DNA of 64,000 bases, from assembly GCF_001194135.2 (NCBI RefSeq), contig NC_068983.1, positions 35,863,227-35,927,226 of the forward strand, given 5' to 3'. The first letter of the stretch is position 1. The number at the start of each line of letters is the position of its first letter. This DNA is from Octopus bimaculoides. Its lineage: Eukaryota. Shown here piece by piece: positions 1 through 12,995 of the stretch. A program made the position numbers and the translations under genes. The notes under the pieces were generated by a model that did not search any database, was not told the origin of the DNA, and was given only the letters and a program-made list of their open reading frames with translations.

Positions 1-2740
1 GAGTGAAACAGGTGAATTACCCTATGTAGATATAAGTCCCAACCTCTATCACCACCACTACCATCAGTTTAAAGATCATTTTACTAAGCTTGTATTAATG
101 AGCAGGGTATTATATGTATACAATTAAACCTTGGGAAGAGGCATTATGCCGGTAATAAACACACGCACTGGTTCAGTCCTTTATTAATTTATATAGTTTT
201 TTGTTAAATTATTTCATTGCACTCTTGCAATGTATGTTTATAAACAATAGATATCAGAATTGGTATAGCAGTGTTCTGAATTCAAATCCTGCTCAAGTTA
301 ACTTCAACCAATTTTGGGAGGAGAAAACGAGAAATACTGGATTGATATCATCAATTAAACCTCTTGAAAGTGATGTCCTAGCATGGCCAGAATCCAATGA
401 CTGAAATCATTAAAAGAGGGCATACATATCATTAGTGCTAAAGATGGACAGTAGTGTGTGTGTAAGAGAGACAGACAGACAGACAGAGAGCAAAAAGTGA
501 CTGCTTTGAGAACTTTATCAAGGATAAGAAAAAGTGTTTACATTTTTATCAATATATGCTACCGGTTTCAATTGCTTAAACAGACAATTTAGTCATGCTA
601 AAAAAATGAAGGGTAAAAAATATATTGAAATAAATTAATTAAAAACATGTGAACTTCCAGAACTAACATCATGAAAGGTTAATATAATTTGATTTATATC
701 ATTTTATTTTTCCATTTATTCCAGCTTGTCTAAATCATCTTTTAAAGCGATTGAAACAGGAAGCATATTTTGATAACAATGTAAATATTTTCTTTTACTT
801 TTATCCATGATAAAGTTTTCAAATTATTTTCTTTTTGTTTTAAATATAAATTTACCCACATGCAACCTCTTTTTCAATATATAATAATACATATATTGCA
901 TATTTGTATATACATCTATGTAACATTGGTAATTTAATGCCAAGAATCTAAGAAAGAAAATTTATACTTAATCCTATGTGATGCATTAGTCTAGTCTACA
1001 ACTTATGAAGTCTCTGTATGCTGTCTGGAGGCTAATGCCATTACATTATAAAACAATAAACAAATATCGAATAGATTTGATTATCTGATAAGATCAATTC
1101 TTATTGGTAATCTAATAATGTTCTTTAAATGCTCCAATTTTGAATCAATTTTATTCTCTTTAAAGCCTATTGTAAGTAAATCTCATACAAAAGTGAATTA
1201 GACGCCAAAATTCAATCAAATTGCTTTGAAGCCAGTCAATAATACATAATATCATTTTCATGTTTTTGCTAACGTAAAGCTAACATCAAATTTTTCTTAA
1301 AATACAAAGTTAATTTGAATCTTCACCTTTAATATCTTTTTACAGCAAAACCAGAACAAGAGGGGGAAAGAGAGAAATCAAGATAGGTTTAGCAGATATG
1401 TTTAGTGCTAATTTCAGAGACCCTTTCCAAATATATTTAACAACACCATCAAGAAAATACTACAACTTCCTTAAATGTACTATAAACCAATGATACTTTA
1501 GGACGATCCAACACCTGATTCACTTACTATATAGACTTAACCCTTTTGATACTAACCCATCTGAAACTGCCCCTGGTTATATGATACAAAGTTGTTGTTT
1601 AAAGGGATGTAAATTAAAATCTTTCATTAAAATGTTAACTTGCATTCCAAACACCAGGTTAATGAAGAGAACCATTTTACAAAATTCTTCAGAATTTTTA
1701 CAATTAACTAAAACAAAGGAATCATATTTCAATAGAAATATAGCAACAAAAGTATTAAAAGCATGCTATGACTCACAATACTGATTTAACAAATTGTGTC
1801 CTGACTCACAACACAGCCACAGCACAAAAGAAAAACCAGTGATGAAGTTGCTAAATTAGCATTTCTCAAACAGTTCACTGCAATGCTTTGAAGCATTGCA
1901 AAAAGTATTTAGGTGGGTCACAGATTTTTAAAAAAATGTAATTTAAGACTTCAGAAAATTTACACTAAAGCTTGAGCATCTTGAAAAACACAGTCATAAT
2001 TTTATCAAACACATATATGATTAATAAAACTAAGTGAGCAATTGTATTTTCTGTATATTTTTTTAAGTTTGTAACTTTAAACTTTACTTGTGAAGTGTTC
2101 AAGTAATCTCATATTTGCTCTCTAGTGAATCAGAAAGACAAAGAAATTGAGAACCACTACTCTACATAGTGGTCATTTAGAAACAGGTGAGGTTTGGCAA
2201 CAGGAAGGGCAACTGGCCTTAAAAAAAAGCTGCCTTAATAAATTCTATTTGACCCATGCAAAGATGGAAAGGCGAACATTGAATGATGATCACACTCACA
2301 TACACATAAATATACATACTTACAACTGTGTGTATAGATATACATACAACAGTATGTACAGTTTCTATCTACAGAACTCTATAAAATATTGCTCAACCTG
2401 GGACTATGATAGAAGACACCTGATAAAAGTGCCATGCAGTGGGACCAAAAGCTTCCAGGTGATCCTTGCAAACAAAGGACTTTGATGTTTGTTATTTCAT
2501 TTGCACAGGAAAGTCTAAAAGGAGTCACAGGTACTACTCTTCTTGGAATCTGTACATTGCATCTTTTAGTCATAAATTCATCACCTTAACCACTCAGCTA
2601 ACTATAAAACATATCTTAGCATGGTCAAAGGTGTAAGAAGTTTGCTCCACAATCATGAGATTTCAGGCTCGGTCTTACTGTGTAGCATCTTGGGCTACAC
2701 CGTAGGATCAGGCTGTAGTGAAAGACACTTTTATCATAAC

Positions 2741-3150
2741 CCATCATAATCTGGTCAAGCTTGCTCGGACATTTTTAACTTGCACACGCCATCCATCTCA
2801 CTTCCACATTAGTTGAGGGAGGTCTTCAGGGAGGAATCCAGTTTCTCTGATGAGTTGTTCTACATACCTTATGTTCACATGACTTGCTCAAGTACGGCTA
2901 TGTTTTGGTATCCATGACAGTAAGTCACTTGTCAGCTCTTGCTTAGCTCACCAGCAATGTCCTGCACAAGAACCTTTCCCTTATAATGGTAGAAAGACAC
3001 AGGAGATCTCTTTACAGCTGTTTCTTGATGGGGTGAGTTCTCCAAGATATGTTTTAAGACTACTGTCAACATTTGGGTGTAAGTTCCATCTAGCTTGGAT
3101 TCCACTTTTTTGGTAAGTGTCCATAGCCCAAGGATAAGATAAAAGTCGGC
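2741..3150 (-). mobile_element. Degenerate RTE-clade LINE ORF C-terminal fragment (lineage 2)
   Basis: Minus-strand translation gives WTLTKKVESKLDGTYTQML (3067-3123), then GHCW (2951-2962) and ...LSWIPKH...EQLIRETGFLPEDLP...DGWR..., with stops and frameshifts. This is the typical RTE post-RT C-terminal pattern. Confidence 0.8.
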
Positions 3151-3741
3151 TTAAATTGATCTAAATGTTGTTGGTGAAATTGGGCAGATGGAAATTGTGT
3201 GGAAGCTTGTCAAATGGATTTCCCTCCTATCTATTGAAGGAGTCACAGACACTTTCACACACTCATATACAATAGGAACTTCTGTCTACCAAATTCAATC
3301 ACAAGACTTTGGACTGTACCTGTAATTTAAAAGGTCATCTTGTTACACTGTCACACACATTCCTCCTGAGAATTATATTAGGAGTACACAAGTCAGTATA
3401 CTGTTGTTAGCCCACTTACACACTAACTCAATGAGCAGGTGGTTTACTTGGTCGAACAACTGACAACTCATTTTCAAAACTTAAAAGAAAAACAACTAAA
3501 CTAAATTATGATGAACTAATTAGGTCAGCTATTTTTTTTTTTAATATATGTTATTTTATTTTTATCTGTACAAAATGTTATTCTATCTAAAACAAGCTTG
3601 GCTTTGATATATACCATTCCTGACTTTTACAGGAAGTAACATAAGCCGGTTTTAAATGTTTGAAGTTCATGCTTTAAAAGCCAAATGCCAGGACAGAAAA
3701 GGGTGACTAATTTTCAGAAAAACCAGTCAAATTGCTTTTAC

Positions 3742-3784
3742 ACTCACACACACACACACACACATACTCACTCACTCACTCTCA

Positions 3785-3821
<37 letters not shown>

Positions 3822-3832
3822 ACACACACACA
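3742..3832. repeat. Compound (CA)n(CT)n(CA)n microsatellite
   Basis: Directly visible dinucleotide runs. Confidence 0.95.
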
Positions 3833-4069
3833 AAATTTAAATCAATGCACTTAACCTAGTCATTTTTTTCTTCTTTTTCAAGTTGATCCAGTTATTTCAT
3901 ATAATTTTACCTTGAATATTTTTGGTTTTAACCACATTAAAAAGAGAACAAAATAAGCTAAATTTGTTGGGTTTTTTTTTTCCTTTTCGTCCTAAGGGAT
4001 TAAGAGCAAACAATACTCCAACAAATTTCTTCATTACTATTCTTTAGTTAGAGGAAAGTAAATAACAGA

Positions 4070-4432
4070 GGCGCAAGCATGGCTGTGTGATAAGAGGCTT
4101 GCTTCTCGACCACAAGGTTCTGGGTTCAGTCCTACTGCATGGAACCTTGGGCAAGAGTCTTCTACTACAACCTCAGGTTGAACAAAGCCTTGTGAGTGGA
4201 TTAGGTAGAGAAAAACTGAAAGAAGCCTGTCGTGTGTGTGTGTCCCATTGCCGTTTGACAACCGTTGTTGGTGTGTTTGTGTCCCTGTAACTTAGCAGTT
4301 CAGCAAAAGAGACAGAATAGGTACAAGGCTTTAAAACAAAAGAAATAATACTGGAGTCAATTCATTCAACTACAAATTCTTCAAGGTGGTCCCCTAGCAT
4401 AGCCGCAGTCAAATGGCTGAAACAAGTATATA
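4070..4432 (+). mobile_element. tRNA-derived SINE family A, diverged copy
   Basis: Head GGCTGTGTGATAAG...GGTTCAGTCC (A/B-box-like), ACCTTGGGCAAG core, internal (TG)n and 3' GGCTGAAACAAGT end; homologous to the copies at 7545, 16463 and 23721. Confidence 0.85.
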
Positions 4433-4800
4433 AAAAAAAAACATGGTTAACATTGCAACAGCTAATGGCAAACAAGCCTAGCAGTGTTTAGTTACATCAA
4501 CTTGTTAGCAGTTCAAATTCTGCCAGGATCAATTTTACCATTTATCTTTCAATGGAGCAGACAGTGATAAAATAAATATTAAAAAAAAAAAAAATGCCAA
4601 GTACTGGACTGATTAAGTTGACTATACATATTCTGCCAAATTTGTGGTCCTTGCATCAATATAAAAAGCATTTCTTACTAATAGCAAGCATCACTGTGCA
4701 AATGGTAAAATTTCTGTATGTTGTCTGCAAGCTGGTATTATGTCACAACCACTGATGATTCTCTCTAGAAAACAATGACCATCTTATTTCACCTCTCTGT

Positions 4801-5466
4801 ATCATCATCATTTAACGTCCATGTTCCATGTTGGCATGGGTTGGATGATTTGACAGAAAACTGTTAAGCTGGGGAGCTGCACCAAGTTCCAATCTGATTT
4901 GGCATGATTTCTACAGTTGGATGCCCTTCCTAATGCCAACCACTTCAGGAGTGTAGTGGGTGCTTTTTATATGCCACTGGCACAGATGCCAGTTACCTAA
5001 CACCAGCATCAATTAAAACTACAATCTCATTTGGTTTGACAGGTCTTCTCAAGCACAGTATATCACCAAAGGTTTTGATCACTTGTCACTGCCTCCATGA
5101 GACCCAACATTCAAAGGGTGCTTTTTATGTGCCACCAGCATAGGTGCCAGTTACATGGCACTGGCATCAGTCATGACTACAATTTCACTTGGTTTGACGG
5201 GTCTTCTCAAGCACAGCATATAGCTCAATGTTTAAATGGTACTTTTTATATGCCAGCATGGGTGCCAGTTACGCAACACTGGCATTGACGACGAATACAA
5301 TTTCACTTGGTTTGACGAGTCTTCTCAAGCACAACATTGCCTCCGTGAGGCCCAACGTTCAAAGATCATGCTTCACCACCTCATCCCATGTCTTCCTGAG
5401 TCTACTTCTTCCACAGGTTCCCTCCACCATTAGAGACCGGCATTTCATCACACAGCTGTCCTATGG
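4801..5466 (-). mobile_element. 5'-truncated RTE LINE (lineage 1): ORF end plus 3' UTR and (TGA)n tail
   Basis: 5335-5466 on minus encodes DSCVMKCRSLMVEGTCGRSRLRKTWDEVVKHDL*TLGLTEAM, matching the ORF at 22559. It continues into a 3' UTR ending GGACGTTAAATGATGATGAT. Confidence 0.9.
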
Positions 5467-5534
5467 ATGTATGTAGTTAGGTGAAATCATAATTTAAGTT
5501 TGCTTAGACACAGCAATACATAACTCTTTTTTGT

Positions 5535-5765
5535 TGCATTGTGTTGTGTTCTTGAGCAAAACACTTCATTTCACATTGCTCTGCGATCATTTTGACATCT
5601 GACATGTGGCACCTGTTGCACCTGTACAAGTAATGGCAATCTGATGGAGGGAGTGAGCTTATGTCTGCATAAACATTTGATCACTATAAGGAAATCATCT
5701 GTGTGGTTGTTCAGTAAGAAATTGTCAAACCCTCATATGATGTCTAACGACGGGAGAGTCTGTCA
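5535..5765 (+). mobile_element. SINE family E body
   Basis: Homologous to the reverse complement of 63465-63697 (CACATTGCTCTGC.ATCATTT..CATCTGACATG...CATTTGATCACT...GTTGTTCAGTAAGAAATTG); that copy has a tRNA-like head. Confidence 0.7.
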
Positions 5766-6905
5766 TATATATATATATATATGGTCTAGTCAGAGATTGT
5801 TTCTCTGAGAGTGTACAGCATCTTCAGGTCAGTTATGGCATAACTTGACTGACTTGGTCAAAATAAAATATATTATCAAGCTCTAATATAGTACTGAGTG
5901 CACTTTTTCTGGCAGTCAACACTAAACAGGTGTGGAGGTGGGGGATTCCTGAACTTGTAAAAGAACCTTTGCATCAGGAATGGGGAAGCTTTTTAGTATC
6001 AGGGGAAGATTTGAAGTGTATAAGAGCCTGTAGGAGAACTGTGGTGAGAAAAATTATGAATCTTATATTTTAATTACTGTTTTGGGCTGAAATTACTTTG
6101 GCATAACATTTAGAATTGAATAGGATCTTTATACTAGAATTGCTTCATGTGGAGACCTTTATGTATAGTCTCACATAACTTGACAAAAGTAGATCTAGAT
6201 CCTTCTACTGCAGCTGTCACTCATAACTAAATAAATTTTAAATAAGGCTAATTAACTTTGGCTGGGTTTGAAGCTCAGTACTAAAAGCATTCAATAATGC
6301 ATTAGTGGCAAATTGGCAGAGTCATTAAAGCATCTAATGCCTTGTAGCTTTTGTTCTAATAATTGGTGCTATAGGTTCAAATCCGGTTGAGGCCAACTTT
6401 ACTTTTCATCTTTTTGGGGTAGATAAAAAAGTACCAATCCAAGGCAATAGATTGGCAACTCTGCAAGACATTGGTGAACAATGTAGTCCTCAGACCCATC
6501 GGATCTTGTCAAACCATCCAACCCATGCTAGCTGGTGATGATGATGTAAGAACATCAAATTAGATGCCTGTCATTTTGGGTATCTTTAGCAGAGTCCACT
6601 ATGCTACAGACACTGGTTCGGGTGTCCAATTTGAAGATACTTTCTTCTCTGCTCCCTACATGTCCTGGATCATGGGCACTAGCTTCTTTCCCAACTAAAA
6701 AGAAGAAAAAAACCTTGCAAATTTGTGACTGTTAAATCATGATTCAAGCATTTCACACAGGATGTGAAAAAGAATAGTCTGGCATCCTATTTTGAAGAAT
6801 AATGATACTTTATCAGCCAAACTGTAGTTAAGATAAGGACTTCATTAAATTTTATTCTAAGAGAACAATTAAAAGTAAAATACTTAGATATAATGAACAG
6901 TATGA

Positions 6906-7122
6906 TATTCTTTTCTACTCTAGGCTCAAGGCCCGAAATTTTGGGGAAGGGGGCCAGTCGATTAGATCGACCCCAGTACGCAACTGGTACTTAATTTATC
7001 GACCCCAAAAGGATAAAAGGTAAAGTTGACCTTGGCAGAATTTGAACTCAGAATGTAAAGATAAATGAAATACCGCTAAGCATTTCGCTCGGCGTGCTAA
7101 CATATCTGCCAGCTTGCCACCT
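6906..7122 (-). mobile_element. tRNA-derived SINE family B, full length
   Basis: Minus strand: GGTGGCAAGCTGGCAGA head, B-box GAGTTCAAATTC, central CCTTTTGGGGTCGATAAATTAAGTACCAGT domain and tail CCTAGAGTAGAAAAGAATA; more than 10 homologues in the window. Confidence 0.9.
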
Positions 7123-7544
7123 TCATGAACAGTATTATATTGCCAACCCCACCACCACCGTCAAAATCTAAATGAAATGAGACAATGTCCTGACATCAGG
7201 GCATCTCTAAACCAGCAATGCCAATCCTTTAACTACTTAACCATTAAAATAATCATGTAAAGAGAATAATCATCTGATCCTTAGCTGTAAGTTTTCACAC
7301 ATGTTTTAAGTGCATCAACATTTAAATGGATTAAGTCTCTGACATGTAGCCTGAGAGTGTCTACCATAGTCAACATTAGACATCACCTGACTGTCCACCA
7401 AAAATCAGGGTAATGTATTACTCTTAGATACGGCTTTGCTTCAAATTACTTATTCAGGAAGTAGATACTAGTTTATTTGAGCAGTTAATTGCTGGTAAAC
7501 TTGATATCTTACATCTCTCAGCTAATAAATGCTATACAAACATA

Positions 7545-7762
7545 TACTCTTTTACTCTTTTACTTGTTTCAGTCTTTTGACTGTGGCCATGCTGGAGCAC
7601 CGCCTTTAGTCGAGCAAATCGACCCCAGGACTTATTCTTTAGAAGCCTAGTACTTATTCTATCGATCTCTTTTGCCGAACCGCTAAGTTACGGGGACATA
7701 AACACACCAGCATCGGTTGTCAAGCGATGATAGGGGGGACAAACACACATATACAAACATAT

Positions 7763-7803
<41 letters not shown>

Positions 7804-7969
7804 TACGACGGGCTTCTTTCAGTTTCCGTCTACCAAATCCACTCACAAGGCTTTGGTCGGCCCGAGGCTATAGTAGAAGACACTTGCCCAAGATGCCACA
7901 CAGTGGGACTGAACCCGGGACCATGTGGCTGGTAAGCTAGCTACTTACCACACAGCCACTCCTACGCCT
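7545..7969 (-). mobile_element. SINE family A, young full-length copy
   Basis: tRNA-like head, internal (TA)n/(TG)n and (AAAAGAGT)n tail; near-identical to 16463-16870 and 23721-24142. Confidence 0.95.
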
Positions 7970-8084
7970 ATATGTTAAAAAATAGTACGTGTGACAAAGC
8001 AATAATGGAGTTCAACCTGCTATAAATAGCAGATAAACCACATTCCTAACCGCTTAAAAAAAAGATATTTTTAAAATTTTTTAT

Positions 8085-8585
8085 TGGTTTCAGTCATTTG
8101 ACTGGGGCCATGCTGGGGCACCACCTTGAAGGATTTCTTGTTAAATGGATCAACCCTAGTATTTGCTTTTTTAAAGCTGCACTTATTCTGTCAATCGAAT
8201 TTGCCGAACTTCTAAGTTATGGGAGACATAAACACATCAACACCAGTTATCAAGCAGTGGTGGGAGATAAACACAGAAATAAACACACATACACACACAC
8301 AAATACAAAATTGTTGTTAGGAAGAACATCCAGCTGTGAAAACCAAGCCAAATCACACTAGAACTTGGTGCAGCATGGAAAAGGAACATTAAAAGAGGAT
8401 GATGATAATGATGATATATACAATAGGTTTCTTTCAGTTTCCATCTACCATATCCACTCACAAGACTTTGGTTGGCCTGAGGCTATAGTCGAAGACACTT
8501 GCCCAAAATAAGACGCAGTGGAACTTCACCCAGAGCCAAGTGGTTGGGAAGCCAACTTCTTACCACACAGCCATGCCAGTGCATG
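8085..8585 (-). mobile_element. SINE family A, older copy with an RTE-tail-like piece (about 8325-8410) inserted
   Basis: Body and head homologous to 7545-7969. The internal segment GGAAGAACATCCAGCTGTGAAAACC...GCATGGAAAAGGAACATTAAA...GATGAT resembles the RTE tail in the opposite orientation. Confidence 0.75.
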
Positions 8586-9267
8586 TTATGATTTGAAATA
8601 CTCTGAATAAAGGACAGAAGGATGGGCCAGGTGCAAATGTTAAACTGGGTGACAGATTAAGTCTTCCACTGAAGAATAATCGGAACAGTTCCTCCAATGA
8701 GACCCCATAGAGTTCCTGTTTATTCATAAGGCCTTTGTTGACCTGAGGCTACAGAAACAAAGATATCTTATTAAGCAGATGGCCATCATCTTGCTCATAT
8801 GAAGATGTGTTACAAGTGAGAGTGAATAAGTTGTATATAGCTTGTTGACTATGCAGTGTTAATTTACATGAAATGCAAATGCATGAAAGAAGTTAAAAAT
8901 CAAGGTAATTTACATAATATATGCATCAGCAGCAATTAACTACTCTGGTGGGAAACAAGTAATATATGGATATTACATAGTGTTTAAAATGAATATCACA
9001 TGAGGTTTAAAATAGATATTAATTATGTGATGTTTAAAACAGATATTATATGTTGTTTAAAAAAGAAAACTGCCTTGAAAAGATATCCATATCAGTAGCA
9101 AACCAGGAAAGACTTGAGAAAAAGTGATTAGATCAAATGTGAAAATGGCTTTCCTCTGAACTGAAATGATACAGAATAACAGATAAAGACAACACAAATA
9201 GTGAGATGGTGCAATGCTGACTCATCAAATCCATAACAGCTTATAAGGAAAATGAATTTTATGACAC

Positions 9268-9556
9268 CATCATCATCGTCGTTGAATGTTCGCTTTCCAT
9301 GCTGGTATGGGTTGGATGGTTTGATTGAGGACTGGCAAGTCAGAAGGCTGCACCAACCTCCAATCTGATCTGGCAAGGTTTCTACAGCTGGATGCCCTTC
9401 CTAACACCAACCACTCCGAGAGTGTAGTGGGTGCTTTTTTTATGTGCCACTGGCACAAGGAACAGTCAGGTGGTACTGGCATCGACCATGCTCGAATGGT
9501 ATTTTTTTTTTACATGCCACTGCCACAGGCAGTACCTGCAACGACCACACTTGAGT
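9268..9556 (-). mobile_element. RTE LINE 3' UTR fragment
   Basis: Starts CATCATCATCGTCGTTGAATGTTCGCTTTCCATGC; homologous to 4801-5000 and 61547-61897. Confidence 0.9.
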
Positions 9557-9789
9557 GGTGATGAAAATTATGGAGAGAATGAAGAAGATATACAAGGGTA
9601 CTACCTGAGGGATGAAGGAAGAGAGGGAAATTCAAGAAGATGTGGCATGCAACCTTCAATGGTCTAAAGCAGCTTACAATCACCAGGGAAAGATGCAACC
9701 AACTACGCTAAAAACTGGGATGATTGGAAACATCTTGCTGCCCAATGTACAAGCCAACTGCACAAGAGGGACAAAGATTAAGAAGACAC

Positions 9790-10250
9790 AAGCTAGCAGA
9801 ATCATTAGCACACTGGGCAACATGCTTCATGGCATTTCATCTGTCTTTATGTCCTGAGTTCAAATTCTGCTGAAGTCAACTTTACTTTTGTTTTTAGGGT
9901 CAATAAAATAAGTACCATTTGAACTCCAAGGTCAATATAATCGGCTTAGCTTCTCACCTGAAATTACAGACCTTGTCCCAAAATTTGAAATCATCATCAT
10001 TATTATTATTATTACTATTATTATTATTATGAAGGTGGTGAGCTGACAGAATGGCTTACATTAAAGGCAAAATGCTTAGCAGCATTTCGTTTGTCTTTGT
10101 ATTCTGAGTTCAAATTCTACTGAGGTCGACTTTGCCTTCCATCCTTTCAGGTTTGATGATACAAGTACCAGTTGAGCACTAGGGTTGCTGTAATCAACAT
10201 GTCCTCTCACATGAAATTTCCTGCCTTGTACTAAAATTTGAAACCAATAT
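9790..10250 (+). mobile_element. Two tandem SINE family B copies (about 9790-9990 and 10033-10250) separated by (ATT)n
   Basis: Both contain CTGAGTTCAAATTCT.CTGA.GTC.ACTTT.C and AAGTACCA, and end AAAATTTGAAA. Confidence 0.8.
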
Positions 10251-10744
10251 TTGAAAAGATATAAACTTAAGCTTAAGAATTTTTACTGACACAAATTCTA
10301 TGATAAATTACATGAAAAGGAAGTTGGACCCAAATTTATCACTAACTTCTAACCTTTCAATGTCATTTTGACACATTTATACACATATTTCTTATTCCGG
10401 ATTAATCTTAACTCCATGTCATACAATTAATTATTCAATTAAGAAAACTCCACATCTTCGAAAAATACTGACACAGGGAAAAAAAAAAAAAACCCAAAAA
10501 GAACAATATAACGAATCCATACAGGTCAGTAACTCAAACATAAAAGTAATATTTCATAATACAATGAAGTGTACTTCATAGATGTTTGACAAATGTAGAC
10601 AGCCATATTAACAATGCATGTGATTTTAAATCATACCAATAAGCAATTTCTAAGAAATTATTTCAAACAAGGTTTACTCTGTATAGAAAATTATATTTAA
10701 CTGAAAATACATCAAACAGCAATTCTATCTGACTCCATCTTGCT

Positions 10745-11025
10745 ACTTATTTACTATCTATTTCTATCTATCTATCTATCTATGTCTATCTATCTATGTC
10801 TATCTATCTATGTCTATCTATCTATCTATGTCTATCTATCTATCCATCTATGTCTATCTATCTATCCATCTATGTCTATCTATCTATCCATCCATCTATG
10901 TCTATCTATCTATCCATCTATATCTATCTATCTATCCCTCTATGTCTATCTATCTATCCATCTATCTATCTATCTATGTCCATCTATGTCTATCTATCTA
11001 TCTCTATCTGCCTATCTATTACTAT
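10745..11025. repeat. Complex (TCTA)n/(TCTATG)/(TCCA) satellite
   Basis: Directly visible; the overlapping YLSI-type ORFs are its translation. Confidence 0.95.
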
Positions 11026-11088
11026 CTTTCATGCATGAATTTTCTTTGATGTTAAAAAAAAAAAACTTTTAATGTAAAATTATTCTCA

Positions 11089-11132
<44 letters not shown>

Positions 11133-11778
11133 TATTATTAAATAAACTTTGTAAAAATTAAAGAATCAGTCAAAACTAATTGAAGAAAAGTTCATTTCAG
11201 TGACATAAAAAAAAAAAAACTAGATAAGATGAGCATAAAGCATGATATTTAGAGAACCTAATATGTGTCTTTTAAAAACTAAAGGGAAGAGAAGATAGTA
11301 AAATATGTTTGAAATGAAAACAGCAAAGAAAAGATAGCAATAATAATAATAATTTAAAAGAAGAAATGAAAGAAGACGTGATTATTTCAAGATGGAAGCA
11401 AATCTTATTATATTAGCAATTTTCACTTCAACAGTCAGATAAAATTGTTTTCCATTAAGTAATTGAGTGAACATCAAACATTTTCATTGTATTCATTTGT
11501 TTGCTTGCTTGTGGGTATGTGTATATGTAGATAAAGTCCATTTATGTATGTATTACTGCAAGATGCAAACATGCACATGTTTGCATTAGTGCATATGAAA
11601 GCGCATGTGAATTTATGCAAGTACGCAAGAATATTTCAATTATGAGATAAGCAAAAATGCAGTGCCTTTGCTTTGTTCTTTGCGATCTGGAAAAAAAAAA
11701 AATACAAAAGAACCATACACACATCTCCCTGTTAAACCATTTTCCATGGGAGGTGATGACTTTGAATAAGGTGCAGTA

Positions 11779-12011
11779 GAGCCTTCAGCTATAAGACACT
11801 CTCTGAGAAGAATTTTTTTAGCTGTAAGTTTCCTAGTAAAATGACAATTCTTTATCTGTAAGATCTCCAAAGAATGAAGCAAGGCATTGGCCCTGGAGCC
11901 TTCAGCTGTAAGACACTCTCTGAGAAGAATTTTTTTAGCTTAAGTTACCTAGTAAAATGACAATTCTTTATCGGTAAGATCTCCAAAGAATGAAGCAAGG
12001 CATTGGCCCTG
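11779..12011. repeat. Tandem duplication, 117/116-bp unit
   Basis: GAGCCTTCAGCT...GGCATTGGCCCTG starts at 11779 and again at 11896, with only a few substitutions and a 1-bp indel. Confidence 0.95.
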
Positions 12012-12454
12012 AGACCCCATGAAAAGTGATATTTCTTCAATTGTGGCAAACAAAAACAATAATAAAGTAGGATGAGAATTCAATGTTGATAATTCAATGG
12101 TTTACCATATTCAGAAACATAATACTGATGACTGAAGTCTGGTGCAGCCCTCCGGCTTGCCAGCTCCAGTCAAACCGTCTAACCCATGCCAGAATGAAGA
12201 ACGAACATTAAATGATGATATTGATCAAAGAATCAATGATTGTAAGGTTATTGACCAAAAGACCATGTATTCAAACCTTACCAAAGGAATCACACATTGG
12301 CTGTTTTGATCAAAATATTTTACTGACCAATCAACTTAGCTAGCTCTACTATTTCTGCTGTTAAAATAAATGTTCTAGAAACTTAAATACTATTATGTAT
12401 TCAACAGAGCTGTTTGTGTATACAACAAACCAGATCTGGGTAGCATAATGATTT

Positions 12455-12615
12455 TTTGGAGCACTACCTTTGGTTGAACAAATCGACCCCCAGGACGTAT
12501 TCTTTGGAAGCCTAGTACTTATTATATCGGTCTCTTTTGCTGAACTGCTAAGTTATGGGGACATAAACACACCAAGATCTGTTGTCAAGCAATAGTGGGG
12601 CGACAAACACACATT

Positions 12616-12693
<78 letters not shown>

Positions 12694-12995
12694 TATGGTT
12701 AATAAATTCAAAATAGGATAAAAATCTTTTACAAGAATTTTATCAGGGAGCTAGTGTATAAAAAAATTTGTAAGGGAAATTTCTATTCCCAAGAATATAC
12801 TTATTCGTTTATATATATATTTATGTATATACGACGGGCTTCTTTCAGTTTCTGTCTACCAAATCCACTCACAAGGCTTTGGTCAGTACAAGGCTATAGT
12901 AGAAGACATTTGCCCAAGGTGCCATGCAGCGGGACTGAACCTGGAACCATGTGGTTGGGAAGCAAGTTTCTTACCACACAGCCACTCCTACACCT
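12455..12995 (-). mobile_element. SINE family A with expanded internal (TA)n and a foreign insert of about 125 bp (12697-12822)
   Basis: Head (12830-12995) and body (12455-12615) match family A; the internal TA tract is split by unrelated AT-rich sequence. Confidence 0.85.

Noticed and set aside
2126-2187. Plus-strand acceptor/donor pairs (also about 43108-43157 and 46759-46825)
   Set aside because: Good-looking splice words, but all three frames hit stops; such pairs arise by chance in AT-rich DNA. They cannot be called without RNA data.
5788-5850. CTGAAGA-TGCTG...CAGA-GAAAC motif on minus, between two hairpins next to (TA)n
   Set aside because: Core-like words are present, but neither a type I nor a type III topology gives a correctly paired stem I/III and UH triplet. 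Kept only as a TA-adjacent island.
7900-7969. tRNA genes at SINE heads (families A, B, E)
   Set aside because: Only A/B-box-like motifs; no complete cloverleaf or acceptor stem, and each continues into SINE body.
10740-11072. Overlapping YLSI-repeat ORFs; also HTHT/VCVC/RERE/LSLS ORFs elsewhere
   Set aside because: Translations of (TCTA)n, (CA)n, (TG)n and (GA)n repeats, which lack stops by composition.
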